NCBI GenBank assembly: GCA_943788915.1
Contig: CALSSD010000005.1
Coordinates: 682,001 to 713,681 of the forward strand
Direction: 5' to 3'
From: an uncultured Acidimicrobiales bacterium
GTDB lineage: Bacteria; Actinomycetota; Acidimicrobiia; Acidimicrobiales; UBA10347
Length of the DNA: 31,681 nt
The notes beneath the pieces were generated by a model. The model made no database searches. It saw only the letters and a list, made by a program, of their open reading frames with translations, and had not been told where the DNA came from. How positions within the stretch are numbered: the first letter of the stretch is position 1; each line of letters starts with the position of its first letter. Position numbers and translations under genes: made by a program. Of this stretch, positions 8,049 to 17,386 are shown piece after piece.

Positions 8049-9046
8049 CGAAGGTTTGCGAAGTGGGTGACCGCCATGTCAACGATTTCGACTCCTGGAC
8101 CACCGTTGGTCACCCGCTCGGTGTCGAAATGCTGATCGACGAGCGTGGCCATCACCGCTGCGGCACACTCGGTGAGTGCCGGCAGGTCATAGCCGCCTTC
8201 GAGAAAGACAATGCGGTGCCCGGCAGGAGCGATCTCGAGGATCCGAGCGGTTAGCAGCGCGTAGTCGCCTGCACTCAGCCCCATGTCGGTGATTGGATCC
8301 GCGCGGTGTGCATCGAACCCAGCCGAGATAAGGACCCACGTTGGAGCGAACGCGTCGACCTGGGCAGCAACATGGCGATCCCACGCCTGGTTGTACACGT
8401 CGCCTGTCGCTCCCGGAGGAAGTGGCACATTCACCGTGCTGCCGATGGCGTCGCCTGCGCCCGATTCTCCAATGCGACCGGTGCCTGGGTAACACGGCCA
8501 TTGGTGAAACGACACGAACATCACTCGTTGGTCGCGGTAGAAGATGTCTTGGGTGCCATTGCCATGATGGGCGTCGTAGTCCACGATCAAGACCCGCTCG
8601 CCGGCGTCGGCCAATGCAGTTGCGGTCACCGCAACATTGTTGAACAGACAGAAACCCATCGATTCGGCCTTGGTCGCATGGTGACCTGGAGGCCGCACGG
8701 CGCAGAAGGCAGTGTCAGCCTGGCCCTGACGAAGCCTCTCGATCGACTCCAGGCCTGCACCAGCGGCGTAACGCGCCGCGTCGAAGGACGCTGGCACAAC
8801 CACGGTGTCCGAATCGATGCGACCACCGCCGCGGGCGCTGACGCCCTGAATGAGTCTGACCAGACCCTCGGTGTGGACATCAGCCAGGAGTTCAAGCGGG
8901 GCAAGGGGCGCCTCGACCAGAGTGACCGCTTCTCGCAGATCAGCGCGATCGAGAGCGGCGGCGACAGCAGCGAGCCGCTCGGGACTTTCGGGATGCATCT
9001 CGCCTGCGGTGTGTTCGATACATCGGTCGTTGGTGACAAACAGCAC
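8045..9046 (-). CDS. Histone deacetylase family (Zn-dependent) protein
   Basis: HPESPERL, RPPGHHA, GFCLFNN, DYDAHHGNGTQ, SAGFDAH, LEGGY; leaderless TACAGT-N6-GTG; ATGA overlap with cca. Confidence 0.92.
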   Translation of the reverse strand: MLFVTNDRCIEHTAGEMHPESPERLAAVAAALDRADLREAVTLVEAPLAPLELLADVHTEGLVRLIQGVSARGGGRIDSDTVVVPASFDAARYAAGAGLESIERLRQGQADTAFCAVRPPGHHATKAESMGFCLFNNVAVTATALADAGERVLIVDYDAHHGNGTQDIFYRDQRVMFVSFHQWPCYPGTGRIGESGAGDAIGSTVNVPLPPGATGDVYNQAWDRHVAAQVDAFAPTWVLISAGFDAHRADPITDMGLSAGDYALLTARILEIAPAGHRIVFLEGGYDLPALTECAAAVMATLVDQHFDTERVTNGGPGVEIVDMAVTHFANLR

Positions 9047-9130
9047 GTTACGACTGTAGGCCCTGGAGCGACGGAGCGATCGCCGAGGATCGTCGCAGTG
9101 CAAACCATCGGTCAAATCGGTGGGCAGAGT

Positions 9131-9152
9131 TGTCGGTCGCGAGCAATACTGT
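9131..9152 (+). promoter_or_regulatory. PafBC/RecA-NDp consensus promoter upstream of GNAT
   Basis: Exact TGTCGG-N10-TACTGT. Confidence 0.55.
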
Positions 9153-9156
9153 CTAC

Positions 9157-9900
9157 ATGGCGACACGAACCATGGTCTATGTCGGACGCGACCGCGTCCA
9201 GGTCGGACCGTGGAAGGCAGCGGGCACGACCGCAAACCTGATTCCGTATCCAGAGCGGGACCGGTTGTCTGTCGATGCAGTACACAAGGCGATCGACGAG
9301 GCCGTCGACCGGGGCTTCACCAACGGTTATACGGCGGCGCTCAGCCCTAGTCAGGCAGAACCGTTCTTCGAAGCCGGATTTGTATTACATGAAGAACTCC
9401 ATCTGTTGCGGCGCGAACTTGGCGACGAAGTCAACGTCACTCGAGGCGCGACCCGACGGGCCCGCCGTATCGATTGGGACGAAGTTCTGGAACTCGATGC
9501 CCTGGCGTTTCAAGACTTCTGGCAGTTCGATCGGGTCGCTCTGGCCGACGCTGTTCGAGCCACTCCCCGTCATCGCTTCCAGGTAATCAAGTCCGCGCCG
9601 GTGTTTGGTTATCACATCACTGGTCTTGCTGGACTAAACGCATACATCCAGCGAGTCGCTGTCCATCCCGACGCACAACGTTTGGGATACGGCGCTGCAC
9701 TGGTGAACGACTCATTGCGGTGGGCGTGGCGCAACGGGGCGACAACGGTGCAGGTGAACACCCAGATCACCAACGATCGAGCGGTTGGACTGTACGAACG
9801 ATGCGGCTTTACGTTCGCACCCCATCGGCTGCTGGTGTTGCACCACGATTTTGCGCGAGGCGATCGCGGCGAAGCCGCGACTCCGCCGATCTACACCTAG
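9157..9900 (+). CDS. GNAT family N-acetyltransferase (start 9157 or 9172)
   Basis: VAVHPDAQRLGYG acetyl-CoA motif, NDRAVGLYERCGF. Confidence 0.88.
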   Translation: MATRTMVYVGRDRVQVGPWKAAGTTANLIPYPERDRLSVDAVHKAIDEAVDRGFTNGYTAALSPSQAEPFFEAGFVLHEELHLLRRELGDEVNVTRGATRRARRIDWDEVLELDALAFQDFWQFDRVALADAVRATPRHRFQVIKSAPVFGYHITGLAGLNAYIQRVAVHPDAQRLGYGAALVNDSLRWAWRNGATTVQVNTQITNDRAVGLYERCGFTFAPHRLLVLHHDFARGDRGEAATPPIYT

Positions 9901-9986
9901 CCAGTCTCGGCTCCTAGCCAATCGTTGGCAGCCGCGACGGGACGTCGTTGGGGAATCGAATGGCACCTTGGCGTGTTCCTCTTTGT

Positions 9987-10358
9987 ATGCCAGCCCAGAC
10001 CAAATCACGTGCCCTAACCAACAAGACCTTCGACGAAGCCATCGCTGATCACCGTGTGGTTCTGGTCGACTTCTGGGCTACGTGGTGTGGGCCGTGTAAA
10101 ACGATGGCACCCGACCTGGATCTCATCGCACGCGAGAGCGAGGACGATGTGCTGATCGCCAAGGTCGATGTAGACAAGGAGCGCCAACTCGTCGAACGTT
10201 TCGGCATCCAGTCAATGCCCACAATCATCACCTTCCATGAAGGCGAAGTACACAGCACCTATGTAGGTGCGGTCCCTGCTGCTGGACTTCGGGCAGCACT
10301 GGCCGATGCACAAAAGCCAAAACGCAAGGGCCTGCTGCGTTCCATGTTTGGCAGCTAG
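9987..10358 (+). CDS. trxA: Thioredoxin
   Basis: VLVDFWATWCGPCK, AKVDVD, IQSMPT. Confidence 0.9.
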   Translation: MPAQTKSRALTNKTFDEAIADHRVVLVDFWATWCGPCKTMAPDLDLIARESEDDVLIAKVDVDKERQLVERFGIQSMPTIITFHEGEVHSTYVGAVPAAGLRAALADAQKPKRKGLLRSMFGS

Positions 10359-10377
10359 CCGAGCGCTCCCCTAACCG

Positions 10378-10412
10378 AGACATCAGACATCAGACATCAG
10401 ACATCAGACATC
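10378..10412. repeat. Short tandem repeat (AGACATC)x5
   Basis: Five perfect 7-mers read directly. Confidence 0.9.
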
Positions 10413-10638
10413 AATGATGGCGGCGCATTTCGGGTAACAAACAGTGGCAACTACACGACGCCATGGTCCTCAGAACCGGCGTCGGGGGCAGCTTGTGGTT
10501 GCGACACTGTTCCCGAGTGTGCTCGAGGCGACAGATAAGCGGCGACGAAGGACATACCCCAACTGTCTGCTTGGCGACATCACCCATGGCCCAGGTCCGT
10601 CAGAGTGATCTACATCCCAACTTCCTACGGAGATGATC

Positions 10639-11352
10639 ATGAAGAACCAAGCACTCACCACAACCCTGGCAGTGCTCCTTGCTGTCTCTCTCAGCGCACT
10701 TGTTGCGCTGATCGTAAGCACCCAGGTAATCGGCGGACAGACCGTGGCCGACCTACCAGCGGCGATCGAGATCGTCACGCCCGAGGCTCCTCAGCCGCCT
10801 GCAGGCGATGCTTCGACAAACGACGACGCTGCCGTACCGGTCGATACCGACGAAGCGCCAACTCCGAGCAACGACAACACCAGGTCGCCAGCTCCAGCCA
10901 CGCACACCACCTCGGACCAGGCCACCGATGACCAGACCACCGATGACCAGACCACCGATGATGCTGGACCGGTGCCAGGCAACAACGACGAACCAACAAC
11001 CGGCGAACCGCCGTGTGAGGGTGAGATTGTCGATAGCGAATGTGTCCCACCGGTTCTGATCCTGTGCCAGCTCGGCTACGAATACGTGGGCGACGAATGT
11101 GTGTACATCGGATGCCCGGTCGGATACCTACTTGAAGACGGCATCTGTGAGCTGCTCGTGTTCCAGGCCCCATGCGACGCTGGGTTCCAGCGAATCGGCG
11201 ACGTCTGCCTGCCAATCCTGGTGATCGATCCAGGTCAGTTTGATCCGCTCTGCTTTGTTGGCCAACACGTCGAGAACGGTGTCTGCGTTCCTGATGGCAA
11301 GGTCAAACCCGGCCTTCTGCTTCCCGGTCTAGAACTCGCAACCAACGGCTGA
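10639..11352 (+). CDS. Membrane-anchored or secreted Cys-rich repeat protein
   Basis: GGAG RBS; N-terminal hydrophobic helix, acidic Pro/Thr linker with DDQTT repeats, five CxxG-like two-Cys units. Confidence 0.75.
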   Translation: MKNQALTTTLAVLLAVSLSALVALIVSTQVIGGQTVADLPAAIEIVTPEAPQPPAGDASTNDDAAVPVDTDEAPTPSNDNTRSPAPATHTTSDQATDDQTTDDQTTDDAGPVPGNNDEPTTGEPPCEGEIVDSECVPPVLILCQLGYEYVGDECVYIGCPVGYLLEDGICELLVFQAPCDAGFQRIGDVCLPILVIDPGQFDPLCFVGQHVENGVCVPDGKVKPGLLLPGLELATNG

Positions 11353-11391
11353 TCCCAACAATCAGCCCACGGGCCCCCGAGGCCCACGACC

Positions 11392-11446
11392 GCCGTCTCG
11401 GTTGAATCGGCGCAGCGATTCACCCGACACGGCCGTTGTCGTTTTC
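11392..11446. terminator. Hairpin between convergent genes
   Basis: 18-bp arms 11392-11409/11416-11433 with 2 mismatches, followed by GTTTTC. Confidence 0.55.
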
Positions 11447-11452
11447 GCTGGT

Positions 11453-12328
11453 CTAGCTGGCGTTCGGCGTCACCGCAGCTTCGCCAAAGGCTCGCAGGCG
11501 ATCCATACCGCCGTCACCGCCGAAGAAGAACGCTGGCACCATGACTCGGCCAACACCCAGGTCACGCATGATCTCGACGCCTGCGACCGGGTCACGCATG
11601 TGAGCGCCAAACATGGCGTTGATCTCGACCTCGCTGGGGTCACGGTCTCGCTGTTCGCAGGCCTGACCGACCGCAGTGATGAGTTCGGCGAGCCGTTCCG
11701 GGTCGCCCTCACCAGGGAAGTAGCCGTCGGCCAGACGCGCGGCCCGACGGATCGCCACGTCGGTGTCGCCACCGACCAGAATCGGAATGTCGGCGCCCTG
11801 AGCTGGCCGTGGCGTGCAGGTCAGCGGATCGAAGTCAACGAACTCGCCGTGATACTCCACGTGTGAACCGCCCCAGATGAGCCGCATCGCCTCGACATAC
11901 TCATCGTTGCGCCGGCCGCGGCGCTCCCACGGCACACCAAGGGCATCGAACTCTTCCTTCATCCAACCAACACCGATGCCGAGCTCAACTCGGCCGCCAG
12001 TGAGGTGATCGAGCGTGGCCAGCTCTTTGGCCAAGACCAACGGGTTGCGCTGGGGCAAGATCAGGATGCAGGTACCCAACCGCAACGTTGGCGCAGCAGC
12101 AGCCACGTAGGCAAGCCAAATGAGCGGGTCGGGAATTGGCGTCTCTGGAGTCGCTGGCACCTTGCCGTCGGATGTGTAGGGATAGGCCGACTCGATCGTC
12201 GACGGGAAGATGACATGTTCGCCACCCCACACCGATTCAAAACCGACCTCCTCAGCTACCCGCGAAATCTCAAGTGCACTCTGCGGGTCAGTGCCAATGC
12301 TGCTTGCGAATGCCAGGCCAAATTTCAT
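11453..12328 (-). CDS. LLM-class F420-dependent oxidoreductase (Rv2161c-like)
   Basis: GFESVWGGEHV, DPLIWLAYVAA, RNPLVLAKELATLDHLTGGRVELGIGVGWMKEEF. Confidence 0.88.
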   Translation of the reverse strand: MKFGLAFASSIGTDPQSALEISRVAEEVGFESVWGGEHVIFPSTIESAYPYTSDGKVPATPETPIPDPLIWLAYVAAAAPTLRLGTCILILPQRNPLVLAKELATLDHLTGGRVELGIGVGWMKEEFDALGVPWERRGRRNDEYVEAMRLIWGGSHVEYHGEFVDFDPLTCTPRPAQGADIPILVGGDTDVAIRRAARLADGYFPGEGDPERLAELITAVGQACEQRDRDPSEVEINAMFGAHMRDPVAGVEIMRDLGVGRVMVPAFFFGGDGGMDRLRAFGEAAVTPNAS

Positions 12329-12527
12329 AGAGACAGCCCATCACGGCCATGTGGCATTCTCCAAACGGCACCCATGCACAACCCAAAACTGTCCCACCGA
12401 AGCCCCCGGTTGTACAGCTGCTGGGCAAACCTGGCGCTGCCACCAGTGGCCTCGCCTCCTATCCATACAACGAGACGAGTGTGAACCCTTTGGACGACGA
12501 TTTCAGTCGATCGGTTCAGAAACGTTG

Positions 12528-12986
12528 TTAAGTCAGGGTGCGGCGGGCGAAGTATTGAGCAGCGGTGAAACCCGCTGTTGCCAAGGTGAGTGCGCCAAAG
12601 ACGATGCGGCCATCGCTGGTCATGCCGCCAGCCAGAACGATCCACAGCACTGCGACCACGATCAGGACGACGTTGATCTTGATAACCCGTTCGACCTCGT
12701 TGCGACGTGAAACCCGTCGGTTGGCGTAAAGCGTGACCATGAACGACCACAGCAACACCAACACGCCGAAGAGCGTCAACAGCCAACCAGCAACGCCGAG
12801 CCATTCGGACATGAACGCGCCAGTCAACGTGAAGACCAAACCGACCACGTTGCACATGGTGGCGTAAAGACCAAGCGACATATTCGCAAATCGTGTGGTC
12901 GCCGGGCCTTGTTGCACCGGAGGAGTCGACAACCGACGCCGAGCCTGCAACGGCTTCTCAAGACGTGGTTCCTCGGGGTTACTCAT
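12528..12986 (-). CDS. Hypothetical membrane protein (about 4 TM)
   Basis: Four hydrophobic segments; no family recognised. Confidence 0.7.
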   Translation of the reverse strand: MSNPEEPRLEKPLQARRRLSTPPVQQGPATTRFANMSLGLYATMCNVVGLVFTLTGAFMSEWLGVAGWLLTLFGVLVLLWSFMVTLYANRRVSRRNEVERVIKINVVLIVVAVLWIVLAGGMTSDGRIVFGALTLATAGFTAAQYFARRTLT

Positions 12987-13121
12987 ACGGAGTCTGAGGA
13001 TACGGGCGAAATGAAGGGACACGTACCGCTTGAAACCAAGCACGCACACGTCCCTGGCCCGCCTCCTCCCAATGAGGCGGGCTGAGTGGCACCAGGTCGG
13101 GTCGTGGGCGAGACTGTCGGC

Positions 13122-13811
13122 ATGACCGAAATGACCCCGCCGCCGCTTTCAATTGCGATCGCACTGTTCGATCGCGTCACCATGCTCGATGCAATCGGCC
13201 CGTATTCGGTGCTGGCCGGTTTGCCAAACAGCGAAATCACGTTCCTGGCCGAACGGCCTGGACCGGTACTCGACTCGCACGGACGGATGGCCGTGGTGGC
13301 ACACGCGGCCTACGCCGACATGCCAGACCCCGACGTCATCGTGGTCCCTGGAGGGGTGATTACCGTGCAAATGTCACGCGAGGAGACCCACCCGATCCTC
13401 GATTGGATCGCTCAGGTTCATCCCGGCACAACCAGGACCACGTCGGTGTGCACTGGTTCCCAACTGCTCGGCGCAGCTGGTGTCCTCGAAGGTGTTCCGG
13501 CAACCAGCCACTGGTACGTGCGAGACACGCTGTCGGAGTTCGGCGCCATCCCCACCGACGAACGAGTCGTCAAACACGGCAAGATCATCACCGCCGCGGG
13601 CGTTTCGTCCGGCATCGACATGGCGCTGCAACTTGTCGCCGACCTGCAGTCCGACGAGGTTGCGCAGGCCATCCAGCTCAGTATCGAATATGACCCCGAC
13701 CCACCATTCAATGCAGGCCACCCTCGATGTGCTCCCCCGGCAATCACTGAAATGGTGTCGGCTGGCTTCGGCGGCGCACTCGATCGCCCGACCGGGTCAG
13801 CTGCGACATGA
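13122..13811 (+). CDS. DJ-1/PfpI family protein (InhA-like)
   Basis: LDAIGP, VIVVPGG, SVCTGS nucleophile elbow, AAGVSSGIDMAL, IEYDPDPPF. Confidence 0.9.
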   Translation: MTEMTPPPLSIAIALFDRVTMLDAIGPYSVLAGLPNSEITFLAERPGPVLDSHGRMAVVAHAAYADMPDPDVIVVPGGVITVQMSREETHPILDWIAQVHPGTTRTTSVCTGSQLLGAAGVLEGVPATSHWYVRDTLSEFGAIPTDERVVKHGKIITAAGVSSGIDMALQLVADLQSDEVAQAIQLSIEYDPDPPFNAGHPRCAPPAITEMVSAGFGGALDRPTGSAAT

Positions 13812-13966
13812 CCGTGACCGAACCTGCGACATCTGCCAGCCACCGTCCGGCCCCTCCCGTAGATCTGGGCGCACTCGTCGACCAGGCGCACGACCGCCAT
13901 CGAACCGCTCGACCCGAGACCCCACCGCATACAACCAAGAGATGCGCCAGCACGGCTCATACGTGA
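13808..13966 (+). pseudogene. Possible N-terminal remnant of a class-III aminotransferase
   Basis: ATGA-coupled 52-aa ORF, VDLGALVDQAHDRHRTARPET, reminiscent of GSA-aminomutase-like N-termini; degenerates afterwards. Confidence 0.3.
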
Positions 13967-14169
13967 CACGAGGTAATCCCGGTGCTCTCTCCTGGGACAG
14001 AAAGGACCGGACTGTGCGCTTCGGGCTACCAGTCGAGTGCCTAGCTGAAGGCCTGTTGGTTCGAACGCCGATGACACCTACGCCTGACACGTAAGCCGAA
14101 CGACTACCTCTTGGCCGAGCGACCGAACCATGTAAGAGTGCACCATTCGTCTAGCTGGGAAGAACCTCC

Positions 14170-15795
14170 ATGACCGCGCCACTGTCGCTTTCGCATTACA
14201 GCCCCGATGGCTCCGGCCCGCCCCTTCGGCCTGACATCACCGTCGGGCAGGAGTTGCGAAATGCAGCAGCCGATGCTCCTCATGCCGATGCTCTCGTCGA
14301 GGGCCTTCCTGGTGGTAGCGGCCGCCGCTGGACATACGCAGAACTGCTTGGCGACGCGGAGCAATGTGCCCAGATGTTGCTCGACTACTTCGAGCCCGGA
14401 GAACGCTTCGGCATGTGGGCGCACAACCTGCCCGAGTGGGTCATCATGGAGTACGGCGCAGCGCTCGCTGGACTCACTCTGGTCACGCTCAACCCGAGCC
14501 TGCAGTCGAAGGAAGCGGCCTACGTACTTCGTCAGTCGAAGTCGTCGGGTGTATTCGTTGTGCCCGAGGTACGAGGCAATCCTATCGCCGGGTACGCGGC
14601 CGAGATCCAGGCCGAACTTCCCGATTTGCGGCACATTCTGCGTCTCGACGAATTGCACGATCTCATGTCAGCTGCGACCGCTGACCGCGAACTCCCGCAC
14701 GTCAGCGGCTCGGATCCAGCACAGATTCAATACACCAGCGGCACCACCGGTTTCCCCAAGGGAGTGGTTCTGCGACACCACTCGGTAGTTGACAATGCGC
14801 GGATCTGGACACAACGCATCGGTATCGAGACGGGTGCGTCGTGGATTTCACCGATGCCTCTGTTTCACACAGGCGGTTGTGTGCTCGGTGTGCTCGGCGC
14901 TCTTGCGTGCCGCTCCAAACTCGTGGTTCCTCCAGGCTTTGAGCCTGGCCTGTTCCTGGAACTCATCGAGCGCGAGCAGGGTCAGTTCTGCGGAGCAGTT
15001 CCTACGATGTTGATCGCAGCGATGGAGCATGCCGACTTCACATCGCGTGACTTGTCGTCGTGGTCCGGCGTGGTCTCGGGCGGTTCGCAGGTACCCGAAG
15101 CGCTGGTGAACAAGATCGAAGAAGCCCTCGGCGTCGACTTCACGATCGTCTATGGCCAGACCGAGTGTTCTCCGGTTCTCACGAATACGTTCCCTAACGA
15201 CAGTGCCGAAGACAAGGGCACAACCATTGGACCGCCGATCGGTCATGTCGAACTCAAGGTCGTTGATCCAGAATCGCTCGACACCGTGGCGGTGGGAGCC
15301 CAGGGCGAGCTATGGGCGCGTGGCTTCTTCACGATGATCGAGTACTTCGAGAATCCCGAAGCAACGGCTGAGACCTTGTTGCCCGATGGCTGGTTGCGCA
15401 CCGGCGACCTGGCAACGATGGACGAACGTGGTTACTGCCGCATCGTCGGGCGGCTTAAAGACATGGTCATCCGAGGCGGCGAGAACCTATTCCCGGTCGA
15501 GATCGAAGAGGTCTTGATGAAACACCCAGCAGTGGCCGAGGTCGCGGTGGTCGGACTTCCCGACGAGCGTTGGGGCGAGGTCCTCGGCGCATTCCTGCGA
15601 CTCGACGAACAGGTCGATGCTCCTACCGTGTCTGCGCTACGCGACTACATCCGGGCCCAGCTGTCACCGCAGAAAACGCCGGCGTTCTGGTATGCGGTTG
15701 ACTCTTTCCCGTTGACTGGGTCGGGCAAGATCCAGAAGTTTGCATTGCGTACCTCGTGGGAGGCCGGCGAGCACGAGGCATCTGCCCTCAGCTAA
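14170..15795 (+). CDS. AMP-binding acyl-CoA synthetase
   Basis: YTSGTTGFPKG, YGQTE, WLRTGDL, GRLKDMVIRGGEN, TGSGKIQK. Confidence 0.93.
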   Translation: MTAPLSLSHYSPDGSGPPLRPDITVGQELRNAAADAPHADALVEGLPGGSGRRWTYAELLGDAEQCAQMLLDYFEPGERFGMWAHNLPEWVIMEYGAALAGLTLVTLNPSLQSKEAAYVLRQSKSSGVFVVPEVRGNPIAGYAAEIQAELPDLRHILRLDELHDLMSAATADRELPHVSGSDPAQIQYTSGTTGFPKGVVLRHHSVVDNARIWTQRIGIETGASWISPMPLFHTGGCVLGVLGALACRSKLVVPPGFEPGLFLELIEREQGQFCGAVPTMLIAAMEHADFTSRDLSSWSGVVSGGSQVPEALVNKIEEALGVDFTIVYGQTECSPVLTNTFPNDSAEDKGTTIGPPIGHVELKVVDPESLDTVAVGAQGELWARGFFTMIEYFENPEATAETLLPDGWLRTGDLATMDERGYCRIVGRLKDMVIRGGENLFPVEIEEVLMKHPAVAEVAVVGLPDERWGEVLGAFLRLDEQVDAPTVSALRDYIRAQLSPQKTPAFWYAVDSFPLTGSGKIQKFALRTSWEAGEHEASALS

Positions 15796-16184
15796 CACCG
15801 ACCACCGATACCGGCCTAAGTCAGGTCCCGGTTAGATCGACACCGACGGCCGCACGGTCGCCCGCAAACCTCTTCCACCCATGATCAGTTTCCCCATGAT
15901 CAGTCCATCGATCTCCCAACCAGGATTCTGCGCTTCTGACCGGCAAAGCCGATGGTCGCATTATTCGTGTCGTGCCATCTGACGGCGTACCCGAACGTGG
16001 CTTTGCCTAGCAGCAGATTGTTGAGATGTACCTAGATGATGCGTCGAGCGGCAACAATCAGACAGCCGCAGGTACGACTGATATTTGCGGAGCACGACGC
16101 CGGATGCTGCATGGGACGCTCCCTTAGACCGATGTAAGTAAGGTCGTTGCGTGCTGCCATGCAGATCAACCAACGACAACTCCA

Positions 16185-16561
16185 GCGCAGCTGGAACACA
16201 ATGGAACAACATCGTGTCCATGTCGGCCGCGGTTGCTGCGCTCGACCATGAGCTTGCACCGGCGAAACTTCTGGCTGTGAACGAGCGGGGTGATCGTCTG
16301 CGCGAACGGTTGAACACCACCTTCACCGCTGCTGACATGCCCCTGTGGGCAACCGGGGTTGGTTCGATGGTGTGCATCCATTCAACCGAGGACCGGCTGG
16401 TCGAGCTTCTTTTTCACGCTGCGCTCGACGATGGCCTGTACATCGCCCGGCGGGGATTCATGGCCCTATCTCTGACCATCACCGACGACCATTGCGACGC
16501 ACTCATCGCCAGCGTCGACAGCTTCCTCACCACTCTCACCGCTCTCACCCCGCATCTGTGA
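16185..16561 (+). pseudogene. C-terminal fragment of class-III aminotransferase (glutamate-1-semialdehyde aminomutase-like)
   Basis: AGTQWNNIVSMSA, GDRLRERLN, TGVGSM, GLYIARRGFMALSL; PLP-lysine core and start are absent. Confidence 0.75.
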
Positions 16562-16613
16562 GTCTCGTACCGCGCATACCGCGGTCTGAGGGTCACAGAT
16601 CCGAGACGACGAC

Positions 16614-17351
16614 ATGACCACGTCACAGATCGTGGTTGTCATGGTGTCGGTCATTATTGGCGCAATACTGAAGAGCACCAGCGGCATCGGCATGCCGTTC
16701 GTGACCATCCCCGCTATCTCGTATGTGGCCACGATCGAAGAAGCCGTCGTTGTTGGAGCGCTGCCGAACCTGGCGCTCAACCTTGCCTTGGTTTGGGCGC
16801 AACGATCGCACTGGTCACGCACTCGAGACCTTGCTCGCCTCAGCGCCTTCGCGTTCGTCGGCGGCGCAGCTGGCACGTTCCTGCTGGTGTCACTTCCAGA
16901 GAAACCACTGATAGCGGTGCTCATCCTGGTGGTACTCGGTTACGTGGCGCTCAAGCTGGCCTCGCCCGAATTCGAGGTCGGCCCCGAAACGTCACACCGG
17001 TGGGCGCCAGTCGTTGGGTCAGCTGCAGGAATCATGCAGGGCGCCGTAGGCATCTCTGGACCGATCGTGGTGTCGTGGGTCCAGAGCCTGCGGCTCGACC
17101 GAAACGCGCAGATCCTGGCGGTCACGGTGCTATTCGCCGCAGCGGGCATCTCCCAATTTCCGGTGCTCGTAGCAAGCGGCGAGCTCAAAGGTTTGTGGAT
17201 CGTCACGCTCGCGGCATGCATCCCTGCGCTAGCGACCATCCCCCTAGGCAGCCGGATCCGAGACCGGCTCAGCTCAGCGGCGTTCGACCAGTTCGTGTTG
17301 GCCTTGCTCGTCTTCTCAGCAATTGGCCTGGCATGGCGAACCTTCGGCTGA
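16614..17351 (+). CDS. Sulfite exporter TauE/SafE family membrane protein
   Basis: About 8 TM; SGIGMP and GAVGISGP repeat motifs. Confidence 0.85.
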   Translation: MTTSQIVVVMVSVIIGAILKSTSGIGMPFVTIPAISYVATIEEAVVVGALPNLALNLALVWAQRSHWSRTRDLARLSAFAFVGGAAGTFLLVSLPEKPLIAVLILVVLGYVALKLASPEFEVGPETSHRWAPVVGSAAGIMQGAVGISGPIVVSWVQSLRLDRNAQILAVTVLFAAAGISQFPVLVASGELKGLWIVTLAACIPALATIPLGSRIRDRLSSAAFDQFVLALLVFSAIGLAWRTFG

Positions 17352-17386
17352 CGAATTGTTGGCCCCTCTGGCAACAACCAGGAGTG

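Noticed and set aside
8306..9241. Long antisense ORFs (also 3047-3826, 5341-5967, 20068-20829)
   Set aside because: They lie opposite well-supported genes, which is expected in high-GC DNA
15942..16130. c-di-GMP-I riboswitch suggested by GGCAAA
   Set aside because: Lacks the GAAA-tetraloop stem and GACGCAAA elements; only a 9-bp inverted repeat is present
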